A stretch of 34,696 bases of DNA. Origin: Octopus bimaculoides. Lineage: Eukaryota. Under the pieces are notes generated by a model. That model had not been told where the DNA came from. It made no database searches and worked only from the letters and a program-made list of their open reading frames with translations. Where the stretch lies: positions 182,496,689-182,531,384 of the forward strand of contig NC_068982.1 of assembly GCF_001194135.2 (NCBI RefSeq), given 5' to 3'. Position numbers and translations under genes: made by a program. Within the stretch, counting starts at the first letter, position 1, and each line of letters starts with the position of its first letter. Shown piece by piece: positions 12,648-24,760 of this stretch.

Positions 12648-13699
12648 ATATTTTCATATATAATTCGCACATATATTATATGTATGTATAAAACATATAT
12701 ACGCAAGACATTTACACACATATGCAGAAACACTATGACTTGTGATAAAATGAGATATTCAAGATTTTCTGTATGTGCGTGTTATGCTTATTTGTGCGCG
12801 TAAGTTTCTTTGTGTGTTTGTATATGTGTGTGTGCGTGTACGTGCGTGTGTTTCTTTGTGTATGTGTGTGCGTGTGTTTATTTGAAAGTTTAATGCTTTG
12901 TGTTCTATTCAGTAATGTCAGTGTATCAACAGAAAGTTAACACAAAGCAAATGTTCAGTCCTAGAAACCTCCTTGTTGCCCTCTGATCTCTGTCGGAAGA
13001 AATGACAGAAGCTTCGAGTTCTTTCAACTTTCTTTACCCGTTTCTTCTTTGAAAATCTTCCGATATATATTGTTGTTTTTACTTTAGATATTTTTTGCAT
13101 TATGTGCATCATGAATGAAGCCAAAGAAGAAATTGTATGACGTGTGAGATTGGTTACATCGGTTCATATGTTGTGAGTTCAGTTCCTAGGTCTACTACAG
13201 GCGTTTGAAATGATGGAACAATCAGTTACTATCTAATGTATTTGTTGGTGTTTCTCCCTAAATTATGCTCGATTTTAGTCAATTCTTTTAAGGCGTTAGG
13301 CTTTCCAGTCGGGACAATATTGCTTTTTGTTGGGTTTTTAACGCACTCAAGATTGCATTACTTAAAGTGTCTCTATGGAAAAGAATTGTTTGGAAAACAA
13401 TGGCTGTTATTTTTAACAAAATGTTTCACTTCATAGAAGCCCTACCACTGACGCGCTTTACTACAATATTGCATAAACATTTTATAACATCGTTGTTTTC
13501 AAATAAACTTTGGAGTTATCATTCAATTAAATCTCTACCAACCACGAATTGAAAATGTATGATTTTAAGCCAATATTTTGACAAAAACACAGAAATGGCA
13601 TTGGCTAACTGTAATTGTTATCACCGTGCTGAACCTGGTGCTTTTGCTTCGCAAATACGATAAACGATTAGGCTATTTCAATACATAGTACAATTTCAA

Positions 13700-13918
13700 C
13701 TGTTTCTTATTTCTCTGTTTCTTATTTCTTTATTGCCCACAAGGGGCTAAACATAGAGGGTACGAACAAGGACACACAAAGGGATTAAGTCGATTACATC
13801 GACCCCAGTGTATAACTGGTACTTAATTTATCGACCCCGAAAGGATGAATGAAAAAGACAACCTCGGCGAAATTTGGACTCAGAACGTAACAGCAGACGA
13901 AATACCGCTAAGCGTTTT
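13700..13918 (-). mobile_element. 5'-truncated tRNA-derived SINE with tail type A
   Basis: Reverse complement shows CTTAGCGGTATTTCGTCTG...GAGTCCAAATTTCGCCGAGG...CATCCTTTCGGGGTCGATAAATTAAGTACCAG (same core as 19405), then tail ATCGACTTAATCCCTTTGTG...CCCCTTGTGGGCAATAAAG ending in two copies of a 15-mer (CTGTTTCTTATTTCT on +, 13700-13729). Confidence 0.85.
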
Positions 13919-16117
13919 GTGAAATCCAACCTATGACCCATACATGCAAATTTCCTCTCTCTATGCCACGATGATATCCAAGCAAGTGGCAAGGTCGTTG
14001 TCTTTGCAACTATCACTGTCAAAACGCAGAGAGTCAACAGAGAGCACACTGGATAATATCTGACGATCTACCCAATGTTAAACGACTGTTGACAGCTAAT
14101 TAGATATACTGATTGGCAGTGGGGATGGCTGTTTATGGGTAAGACGTGTGTGCAAAAATATTATGTTTAGTGGCCGTCATTTACCGAATGTTGAGGTTAC
14201 CGAAGTTGCCATTCGTTTTTTTATGGAATGGAAATGTTGATGGTGTCCATAAATACAATTTATTGATATACAGGGATGAAAGCATTAATGTTTCAGGCTA
14301 CCTATGGGGCATGACCTCTTTATGGGCGTACCTGTCTCCAGCTGAACTTGTTGACTTGTAGTTGGTTCATATGCCACCACACACACACACACAAAAATGA
14401 TTTCTATATAAGACAATGGAGCGTCGAAGGAAGCGCTTTTACTCTCTTGCAATGCGTATATTTCTTTTCTACATTCCACTGAACTATAGCATTATGGCTC
14501 TAAAGGCTCCTGAATTTAAAAGAACGTTGTTCATTCTATAATCCTTCTCGCGTATAAAGAGGTAGCATTGATTCGATCTAAAAGTCTCTATAAACGAGTG
14601 TGCTGCGTATATCTGGATTTAATTAAATAATCTGGCTGTTCTTCTCAAATCTCTCTCCAATTGTTATTTTTGCTTTGTACACAAGCGCGTTTTTAAGTAC
14701 GTGTCGGTAAGTACGTGATGTTGCGTCAGTTCTGTTCTGGCGATTAGATTTGACATTTGTTGTATCGCAATATTTCATTTACTATGCTCTCCAAGCAAGT
14801 GAAGATGATATTTTCAATAGACGTTTTGACACTGGTGTGCTTGGAGAATAGCTTTCTCATCAAACACGCCTAATTTTATTTCAAATTGAAAACTATGCTC
14901 ATGCTACAGGCAGGATAAGCAGGACAGAGACATTTATAATAGTTGAATTATGCGGATATGTCGCATATGGATTCCTACATTGTTTCTATCATTTCTAATA
15001 AGTGGGTAATTATAGTAGGTTGCTATTCGGTTTAATATTTCTTTCTTAGGGGATAAAGAAGTTATTCAATTATATTACCACTAATTTTATGTTGATGAAT
15101 TGATGACTGGAGTATTTTGAATTTCATTTTCAAACTAGATTGCATCTTCAATTTCTTTCTGCTGGGATCTACTTTTATTTAGTCCAGTCAAATGTAATGC
15201 AGCAAAAGATTAATGATGATGGTTATACCTAAATTAAATTCCTTAAATCTATGTATTAAATCTATTCTAGGTAAATCCATGGAAGCTGTAGACGCTCGCT
15301 GGTTCTTTGGCATAATAAAATTGAGGAGAATTTATTTCCGATTTTACCCAAAATTCACAGTAAACCTAATTTTCAGAATTTGGGATCATCGAAGCATCTC
15401 ATGAAACGAGTTCGACCTCTTGGTATACGTGGTCTAACTTTTTGTAGAGCTTGTTTTACAGAATTTTAAAGCTTTTCGCTGAAGTGATTCAAAATTGAAA
15501 GGCAGGCAGTATTCCACAGCAAACAACGACTTTCACCCTTGTGAAGAAAAAGAGGCCTGCTCTATTTCAACTAGAATAACCAACGGAACGAACACATCTG
15601 TTGCAAATCACGGCCTTCATGATGGAAAGACATGTCGGTATATGTATGTTTAAGAAAGCAGTGCAGATGAGAACAAATGATTTACCATAGTTGAACAGCC
15701 CTTCATCATAAGTTTTCTCAATCAAAGCTAACTTTGCGTAAAATATCATCAAATAGAGCCACAACAATAACATTCATGTTTAATGTATTCTGTCAATACA
15801 CATTAACACTATCCTGTGAAATAACTTATAAAACTGTAATTTGCTGCATTAAAATTGACGTTTAATATGCCTACTGCAGTTATAGAGATTTTGAACAACT
15901 TCAATACTATGCGATATAATACTTTTCATAATCCCCTATTTTCACATACAGTATTATGATAAAACCTTTTGATGAACAACGTGCAGACATGCTAATACAC
16001 CTCCTAGTACATCTATATATTCATCACATAATATCCAATAATAACGATACATATCGTTTGTACTTACAAAACTATATTTCTCTGTGTTGTTTATTCTCAA
16101 TCAGAAATATGCATTGC

Positions 16118-16325
16118 AATCATCACCACCATAAACATTACCACAAATGCTACCACCACCACGATCATCATCTTCCTCACCACCACAATTATCATCATCA
16201 TTATCATCCTCATCGTCATCCTCATCTCAGTAGTAACAGTAAAAGCATCAACAACAGCGAGAATATTTTTAACTCCATCATCATTATCACCATCACCACC
16301 ACCACCATCATCATCACCATCACCG
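16118..16325. repeat. Degenerate (CAT/CAC)n trinucleotide repeat
   Basis: Seen directly; source of the His-rich ORF 15956-16405. Confidence 0.9.
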
Positions 16326-16894
16326 GGTTTTATCGTCTAATCAGTCTTGCATTGGTTAAATCAGATTTAAATAAGCTGATTTTCTCCTGTTATTTTTACC
16401 ATTAGCCGTTTACTATTGTCGAGGCCATATATTTCGGTGGGATTGGGGGGTTTTTGCCTTTTTTTTTTTTTTTTGCTATACCATTACTTAGATATGTTTA
16501 GTCTTCAGGCATAAGATGGGATTTCTTCCACTACATGTTTTATATAACATTTTCCTTACTTCATCAATTCATCATAAATCAGTTTAACAAAAACACTGTA
16601 ATCTGAGAATAGTAAATTTCCTGTTACTGAGCAGATTTCAAACTACTGCTAATGATATTTGCTTTTGTCTTGTTCTTTCTCTCCATCGATTTTCTTTTTC
16701 ATACTTTTCTTTTTCCTTATATTTTTTTTCCGTCTATATCTAACTATCTCTAAGTCATTTTGTTATTTTTCTTTCAACTTTAATGCGATTCATGTGAAAG
16801 ACGTAAGATACCCTTCAAATTGCTAGATATCCGATTACCTTTGTGAAAAATGTTCTTTCTTCACCTTCTTTTGGTAGTGACGATGTTGAATGAT

Positions 16895-17040
16895 GTCGGT
16901 GGTGGTGGTAGTGGTGGTGGTGGTGGTGGTGGTGGTGGTGGTTTTGGTGCTGGTGGTGCTGGTGGAAACGACGTTGACGTTGATGATGATGATGACTGCA
17001 ACGTCGTGGACGACGATGCGGAAAGCGGCGACGACGACGA
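16895..17040. repeat. (GGT)n/(GAT)n/(GAC)n trinucleotide repeat
   Basis: Seen directly. Confidence 0.9.
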
Positions 17041-17370
17041 TTATAAATTCGTTGTTACTGCTGATTTTTGTGTGAAATCATTACTAAGTAACACACTTGT
17101 GACAGTAAATATTACCACGGGAGGCTACCATGGATTTTTCGATACAATATTTATTGTATCGAAATATTTAAGCTATTAAGATCAGCAATTTCGTTGTTTT
17201 ATCCAGCTACTTTTGTCTCATTTCGGTGTTCAAATCCTGTAGGAATCAGATTCTTTCTCGATACAGGGCCGCAAAAGCATTACAGTCGATTGAAACGACC
17301 ACATTATATCATTAATAATGACATCGACCTTCAAGTACTATATGATTCACTTCAAATGTTAAAATAACAT

Positions 17371-17447
<77 letters not shown>
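17371..17447. repeat. (GATA)n tetranucleotide microsatellite, about 19 units
   Basis: Perfect GATA run seen directly. Confidence 0.97.
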
Positions 17448-17730
17448 GTAGGCACTGGATGGAAGCTTTACATGTTAATGAACGATTGACATGTGTAAAG
17501 TGGGATATATTTACTTACATTTTACATATTTAAACAAAACGGTTTTTACGACTTATATGAGCCGGAATCTATCGAAGTTTTTTTGCGGCGTATTATTGAC
17601 CGTAACGTTAACACTTGCAACACGACTAAACTGGACGGCAATCCGTTAATGGGTTCACTCTAGTTGCACTGAGTTAAAACTAGAGTAACACAAAGTAAAA
17701 TGAGTTTCCTAAACGCTCAATGCTCTTTCA

Positions 17731-17797
17731 GAAACGGGAATCAAACCTTCGATCCTTGATCGGGAGACCAGGTGCCTAACAACTGTGCCAGGTGTCT
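17731..17797 (-). mobile_element. Decayed tRNA-like SINE head (or tRNA pseudogene)
   Basis: Reverse complement TGGCACAGTTGTTAGG (A-box-like)...CCTGGTCTCCCGATCAAGG...GGTTTGATTCCC (B-box-like); acceptor stem not intact. Confidence 0.5.
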
Positions 17798-18018
17798 TCT
17801 CCTCACATATGTAATGTAGGATATATTATTTTCAACTTATATACATTACGTGTGATATATTTAGTTACCTACATTATAACAGTTTTTGCATTTCTTAAAA
17901 AATTATCGCATGCAAGATTTACGTATATCTGACATTTTGTATTCTTAAAAGAATTCTTTACATATGGCACACAGTGAGACGTAGCTGACCCTATGAAATT
18001 CAGGTACTAGTCATTTTC

Positions 18019-18121
18019 GTCAGCTGGAACAACGTGAAGGGGACAACACGTCGTCGGGAATTGAACTCGCGACCTTACGATTGAGGAGAGAATACCCTAA
18101 CCAATAACCCGCGCGCCTTCG
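18019..18121 (-). mobile_element. tRNA-derived SINE head with partly deleted body
   Basis: Reverse complement GAAGGCGCGCGGGTTATTGGTTAGGGTATT (degraded A-box)...GGTCGCGAGTTCAATTCCCG (B-box), followed by TTCACGTTGTTCCAGCTGAC. Confidence 0.7.
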
Positions 18122-18549
18122 CTCTTTATATATATTCTCTAGATATTCAATCTAAAGACTACATATTGCAATGTTGTTTTCTGTTTATTTAATAATCCTA
18201 ACATCAATTCCACTTTTATGAATATCAGTGACAGGATTACCTTCCGCTTACATATTTCAACATGTTTTATTTCAGTTTCAACTAGAGACCTAGGGTCAGC
18301 TTTTGTCCCGTAAGAAGCAAACACATAGTTTTCTCATATCCTTCTTTATTTTACGTTTAGTGGGCAACCACTGCCTGTCACTCTACCCTCACATAATTTT
18401 TATTCGCATTACCACATCTCCCAAAGAACAACTCGCCAGAAAGAATCAAAATAAACCTCGGACTGATGACAGCAAAAAGTCGAAATTTCTAAATCACTAC
18501 CGAACTTCTTGTAAAATTTAAATCCTACATACATGAGTCCTTGTTGTCT

Positions 18550-18562
18550 ATGTGTATGTGTA

Positions 18563-18606
<44 letters not shown>

Positions 18607-18609
18607 TAC

Positions 18610-18644
<35 letters not shown>

Positions 18645-18745
18645 TGTATGTGTGTGTGTGAATATACACAAACATATATATATATTTATTTATTTACTTA
18701 ACTCTCATTTTTCTCTCTCTTTCATTGTCTCTCTCTCTCTTTCTT

Positions 18746-18830
<85 letters not shown>
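18550..18830. repeat. Compound (TA)n-(TG)n and long (CT)n microsatellite
   Basis: Seen directly; (CT)n at about 18755-18829. Confidence 0.95.
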
Positions 18831-18832
<2 letters not shown>

Positions 18833-19404
18833 ACACGTACAGTGTCTATGTGGTAGACACTGCATATAAAAGATGTCTGAGATATCAGATGATTGCAGAA
18901 TAATATGTTTCATAAGGTACTGACTTGACATTCGTACATTGGTAACGTCTTTATGCCAGATGTTCTTATGTTTTGTAATAATTTTGGCATGTATCTTTTT
19001 ATGTGTATTTGCAGATGTAAGTTGTCAGAGAATTAAACAACAGCATTGGGTATAGCAGATTTTTTGAATATTTATTATCAAATTAAAGACAACTGAATAA
19101 AGTCGAGAGCTGTAATGTAGAATAATTTATTTCAGTCTCCTATTTGCTTTTAATCATGATGATATAGAAACAATTTTTTTTTCTTTCGTGAATACACTTG
19201 AAGTAAGAAGCAAAGTTTAGAAATAGCAAATAAAGATAATACATACAATTTTTTTATACAAAAATTGAGTTTCATACAGCCATGATTGCTGCTTCTCAAT
19301 ACTCTTCAACGGGAATCGGGCATGGTCCACCTGGTACGATATTAGCTATTGTGTCATTTTATTTTAATATTTTCTCTTTCCTACTTTAACATTATGAGAT
19401 ATAT

Positions 19405-19807
19405 AAGGTGGTGAGCTGGCAGAAACTTTAGCATCCGGGAGAAATGCTTAGCGGTATTTCGTCTGTCTTTACGTTTTGAGTTCAAATTCCACCGAGGTCG
19501 ACTTTGCCTTTCATCGTTTCGGGGTCGATAAATTACGTACCAGTTGCGTACTGGAGTAGATCTAATCGACTAGCCCCAACCCCACAGCACCCACTCCCGA
19601 AAAAATCGGGCCTTGTGCCTAGAGTAGATAAGAATACTTAGCGGTATTTCGTCTGTCTTTACGTTCTGAGTTCAAATTCTGCCGAGCTCAACTTTCCCTT
19701 TCATACTTTCGGGGTCGATAAATTGAGTACCAGTTGCGTACTGGGGTTGATCTAATGGACTGCCCACCTCCCATAAAATTTCGGGCCTTGTGCCTAGAGG
19801 ATAAAAA
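19405..19807 (+). mobile_element. Dimeric tRNA-derived SINE (full copy plus 5'-truncated copy, tail type B) with 16-bp TSD
   Basis: Head AAGGTGGTGAGCTGGCAGAA, B-box GAGTTCAAATTCC (19478-19490), core GCCTTTCATCGTTTCGGGGTCGATAAATTACGTACCAG, tail GGGCCTTGTGCCTAGAG. Second unit spans about 19636-19807. Flanks are AACATTATGAGATATA (19388-19403) and AACATTGTGAGATATA (19808-19823). Confidence 0.92.
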
Positions 19808-21532
19808 AACATTGTGAGATATAGTATGAAAGATTTTTGTTTAATGATTCTGTGGGGTCAGGATTTTCTCAATAACAGAACTCCCAATTTATCCTGTATT
19901 AAACACACTTATTCATCATCTAAGAAAGAATATGGAACAAATTATATTCTACAATAGTATTCGATAAATTAATGATGGCCACTGATGCAGGGAAGACTGT
20001 CCTTCGCCCTTGCACATGGGAATTCGTTAAGACTTGTCATTACGTTATAGATGACACATAACAATGAAAACCCCTTATATCCCACATTTAAAAAATCACA
20101 ATAGAATAGAAAACGTCGAATTAGAATTTAATCACTTCTGTACATGTTAATAGGTTAACATTATGAACGAAATTTCATCTCAGTTTTTTTTACTTATGGT
20201 GTATTAGAGAACGATGTGGTAGTATATTTGTCTTCTTTCGATCTGTTATACGAGAACAGCCTCAATAATATGCTGGGACACCAATAAAATTCAAATAAAG
20301 TTTTTTGTCATTTTCACACTGTAATGAATTATAAATTTTACAACATTTCTCCTGCTCCCTGCTGTGTAAATATTCAATCCTGGATTATCTGCTAATTAGC
20401 AGGGATGACTGAAAGTTGAAAGAATGACTGATGAGAGAATATCATGCTCCGCCCGTTGAACGCAAAGCAATTTACGCCAAACTTAATGAATCACGACAGG
20501 TTAAGTATAATTACAGCAGTAATTCTTATTATCTATATAATTTATAATGATCCCGATAGATAGGGGAACAAATGCCGAAATTATAATTACTTGTTTCGGC
20601 ATTGTTAAACGTCATTAGTGGACCATTGTCTAGTTATTTTACTACCAGATATTAGAATAACTAGAGAGAATATAGAGCGTTTGTCAATAAACAGTTAAAA
20701 TAATTATGAACGCTTGCTGTAATATTCTTATTCATAGAAGTAGCTTACGGTGTGTTTCAAGATACCAACCAACAGACACGTCGTCTCATTATTTAACATC
20801 ATTATTTACTTGAACACAAAAAATAAGTAAACTAAAACAAATGTAGAGTGTATATTTACTGAACAAACTTTGCAATTTCAACAATGAGTAACATAGTTAC
20901 TCTAATGAAAACAATTTTGAAAATGATTACTCCACTTGAAAACTATGCGAAATTTAATTTTCAGCTATGATTTCTGCAAAACCCAAATGTATTTTACCAA
21001 AAATATAGCTTACAGTCAGCTTTTTACAGACATTCATGAAAGATTGCCAAGTAGACATTTTGCTATAATAAGTGATAAAACACAACAAAACAAATTGCCG
21101 CCAGCAGAGATAAGCGGGCATAACATATGCTGATATTTCCTCACAACTAGTTATACTTTTATAACCTGTCAGAAGCACCTGTCAACTAATTCTAAATGGT
21201 CTGAACGTACACACGTACTCACTCAAACAGGCATCATATATACGCATACAAACACTCGCACACGACCACATATACATTTCCTTATATATATATATATATA
21301 TATNNNNNNNNNNNNNNNNNNNNNNNNNNNNNNNNNNNNNNNNNNNNNNNNNNNNNNNNNNNNNNNNNNNNNNNNNNNNNNNNNNNNNNNNNNNNNNNNN
21401 NNNNNNNNNNNNNNNNNNNNNNNNNNNNNNNNNNNNNNNNNNNNNNNNNNNNNNNNNNNNNNNNNNNNNNNNNNNNNNNNNNNNNNNNNNNNNNNNNNNN
21501 NNNNNNNNNNNNNNNNNNNNNNNNNNNNNNNN

Positions 21533-21600
<68 letters not shown>
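21533..21600. repeat. (GT)n microsatellite
   Basis: Perfect run adjoining a gap. Confidence 0.97.
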
Positions 21601-21604
<4 letters not shown>

Positions 21605-21851
21605 AAAGAGAGACAGGCAGAAAGAAAAATGTGCGTTTCTTTAAAACGAATATATTATTGCTGTCGACAGCTGCCAATCCTCATAAATAACGTTCTTTAT
21701 CCTGTGGAAGTTATTGTTTACTGACAGTGAGTGGCTGAGGGAATGGGTTTTCGATTATCTTTTGACGTTGTTTGTCTCACCTCAACACTTCCTTCCTAAA
21801 ACATTGCCCCTTGTTAATGATGCCCGTTGTTCTTATTTAGGAAGATGATAA

Positions 21852-22035
21852 TGGTGACGAAGGACGACGACGACGACGACGATGACGACGACGATGATGA
21901 TGTCGATGATGATGATGAAGACGTGGACGATGATGCCGATGTCCTTAAAGATGATGAGGAGGAGGGAGGAGGGAGGAGGAGGGCAAAGCGAAGAAGATAA
22001 TGACGGTGACGCAGATGACAATATTGATGATTATA
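21852..22035. repeat. (GAC/GAT/GAG)n trinucleotide repeat
   Basis: Seen directly. Confidence 0.9.
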
Positions 22036-22599
22036 CTGCATCTGGCTTATCTTCCGTCCTGTATTCCTTGGTACGATTATGTTTAGACTGGTTACATTTT
22101 AGCCTTGACCAGTGAGTTCTGAGGAGACATCGACTCACAATTATTGTACTGAAGAATAATACCATCCTCATTTCCTATTAGGGTGTAAGCTGGTTTCGAC
22201 AACGAATTGAAAGCAGTAGATGATGATAGAGGGTTTCGGTTTATCATGTTCCGGTATTTTACATAATTTCAAAAAAGACAATTACGATAGCATTTGGAGT
22301 GGTGTTAATGAAAGGCCTTGGTTTCGTTTAGACAATATGCACATTGAGCGAATGGCCCGATAAAACTATGATCTTAATCTTTGAAAACTCTGGGAGTCAT
22401 TTGAGAAATTACAAAGCTAATTCTGGGAAACTCCTGACAAAAACAAGTACGAATTAATTCCTAAAAGTAAGTATTTTATAATAAGATGGCCCTATTTCCA
22501 GTATTGGAAATAAGGTCAATTTACTGTAAAAGTATTCGGCCAACTATCCAGATCAGTATATTTCTGTGTGACCAATATTCACTTCACTGAAAATTGTTT

Positions 22600-24154
22600 A
22601 TTATTATTATTATTATTATTTTATGTTTAACTTTTGCTTTGCATTTGTACAAGTTGGATCCAAGTCTCACCCAGAGACCTCAAGAGACAACAAGTTAGAA
22701 GTTCATGTAGGTGTTATATCTAGGGTACCATATATTTCGATTTGTACATAGTGTTGTTCTAGAGAATGTTTATGAAACCATAACAAAATTATGTGATTGT
22801 TTTAAAATTTGAGATCATATAGACAGTATTTTACGTAGGATATGGACAGTTCCCATGAGCACTATCTTTTGGACTTCAGCCATTTTGGGGTTTCCTGGTA
22901 TCTGAGCTAGGTAGTAATCAGCCCGTTTCGCTGTCATTCCCAGGACACCTATGACAATAGGTATTGTTTTAGTCTTAAGATTCCACATTTTGCTAATTTC
23001 TATTTCAAGATCTTTATATTTGCTCAGTTTTTGGTAGGTCTTGACAGATACTTTTATATCGATTGGGACTGTCATATCAATGAGGAGGCATAATTTTTGT
23101 CTGAAGTCTTTCAGTATGATGTCGGGCCTATTTGCATCTATCTTTCTGTCAGTTTGAATAGTGAAGTTCCAGAGGAGTGCGATGTGATCATTTTCAAGTA
23201 CTGGGGGTGGTTTGTGTTTCCACCAGTTTTTATCATGGGGCAAGTCCAGGTTTTTGCAAATTACCCAGTGAATATATTGTGCAGCTCTATCATGCCCGTT
23301 GAGATACTCTGTAGGCGCAAGCAGACTGCACAAGGAGACAACCTGATCGATGGTCTCATTTTGTTGTTGGAATATACGACATAATGGGGAGCTGCCGTTC
23401 TTTAATATGTTGGCCTGGTAGTTCTTTGTAAGTAGGCATTGATCTTGGGCTACTATGATAAACCCCTCCGTTTTTGATTTCAAGCCAGAGGCCATTAGCC
23501 ATTGATGGGTAAGGGCTTTGTCAATATCTGCATTATTCGCTCTCTTTGGGTATTTGCCATTGAGGGGTTTTCCATGCCATTTATCAGTCATAATATCTAA
23601 GGCAGCAATTTTAGCACGGGTTTTCAAGCGCTTAGCTTTTTTCTGCAGGTGTGTCTAGTTCGTCTCATTCTTGAATTTGTTGTAATTGGAATTCACTTAG
23701 ATATTCCTTTGCCTGTTTTGTTACTGAGTAAGATGCTTTCTTGCTTTCATGTTTTGAGACAAGTTTTAGCAGCCAGTCCTCAGAGTTTTTCAGATAGGTG
23801 TCTAGGCCAATTGTGGTTACCTTCATCGTTAATGCCAGCTGTAAAAGTTCACGGCCTCCCTCTTTTCTTGGCAGATAAAGACGTTCTATATCTGCCTTAG
23901 GGTGGTGCATTCTACGCATTGTCAACAGTTTTCGTACTTTTCTGTCAACATTACATATTCCAGTAATTGACCAGTTAACTGTAAGTCACGACTGGTATGG
24001 CTAGAGCATTGATCGCTTCGATCCTGTTTCTTGCGTTTAGCTCTGCCTTCAGTATTGCTCTCACCCTGCGATAACATTCTCTTCTGAACCTTTCCCTCAT
24101 CACTGAATGCTTGATATTTTCCCCTTCAATTACCCCTAGGTATTTGTAGCTCTC
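22600..24154 (-). mobile_element. R4/Dong-clade RLE non-LTR retrotransposon, 3' portion (family A1): RT C-terminus, degenerate zinc knuckle, RLE endonuclease, 3' UTR, (TAA)7 tail
   Basis: ORFs 23975-24154 (ESYKYLGV...INALAIPVVTYS), 23665-23925 (RMHHPKADIERLYLPRKEGGR) and 22815-23627 (AQDQCLL...CRIFQQQNETIDQVVSLC...HDRAAQYIHW...NRPDIILKD...LIDMTVP...KLSKYKDL...IVIGVLG). About 195-bp 3' UTR ends in (ATT)7 on + at 22600-22620. Confidence 0.93.
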
Positions 24155-24745
24155 CATGAAAAAGACGTGGTTAATTGTTTGGGATTTTTCCATTAGTTAG
24201 TACCTCAGGTTCATTTTCCTGAGCACCAAGGTCAGGGGTATCATGTAGAGAACGAAAAGCAACTGAGATAGGTTGTCATCCTGGAAAATCCCTCTTCTGA
24301 TACCCAGGGTACCCAAGCTTTTTCCGTAAAATGGCAGTTTAGCTTTCCATCCCACTATACTTCTCTTCAGGAAATACATTACATTCCTCGCAATTCCAAA
24401 CAGATCAAAGCAATCGATGATCCACGAATGGGAAATCATATAATAAGCTATGCGATAGTCAATCCAGGCCATTCCCAGATTTGTTCTTCGTTTACAATCT
24501 TGCATTGCCAATTTGTCTATCAATAGTTGATCTGTGGTACCTTTACATCTCCTTGTTCTTCTGCAAATCCTCTTGACAGTAACTTCCACATTAACGGGAG
24601 GCAGGAGATCGGTCTGTAATTGTCAGCAACATTTCCCTTTGAAGTATACTTCAGGGACAACACTGTTCGTTCTTTTTTCAACCAACCCGGGATTTCATCT
24701 TCCCTATTGTACAATGTAAAAGATTGTTCTGCGATCAATTTATGG
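24155..24745 (-). mobile_element. R4-clade RT fragment (family B-like), RT motifs up to just before the catalytic DD
   Basis: EIPGWL...[21 protein letters not shown] (24520-24738); [11 protein letters not shown]...LGMAWIDYR...SHSWI...[22 protein letters not shown] (24197-24589); then INHVFFM. Confidence 0.88.
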
Positions 24746-24760
24746 CAACTACTGAATTTT

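Noticed and set aside
17731-18121. Possible functional tRNA genes
   Set aside because: A/B boxes are degraded and acceptor stems do not close; treated as SINE heads.
20389-20402. 14-bp palindrome CTGCTAATTAGCAG; similar GGGTGAC-TT-GTCACCC at 4826-4841
   Set aside because: Short isolated palindromes are expected at this frequency by chance.
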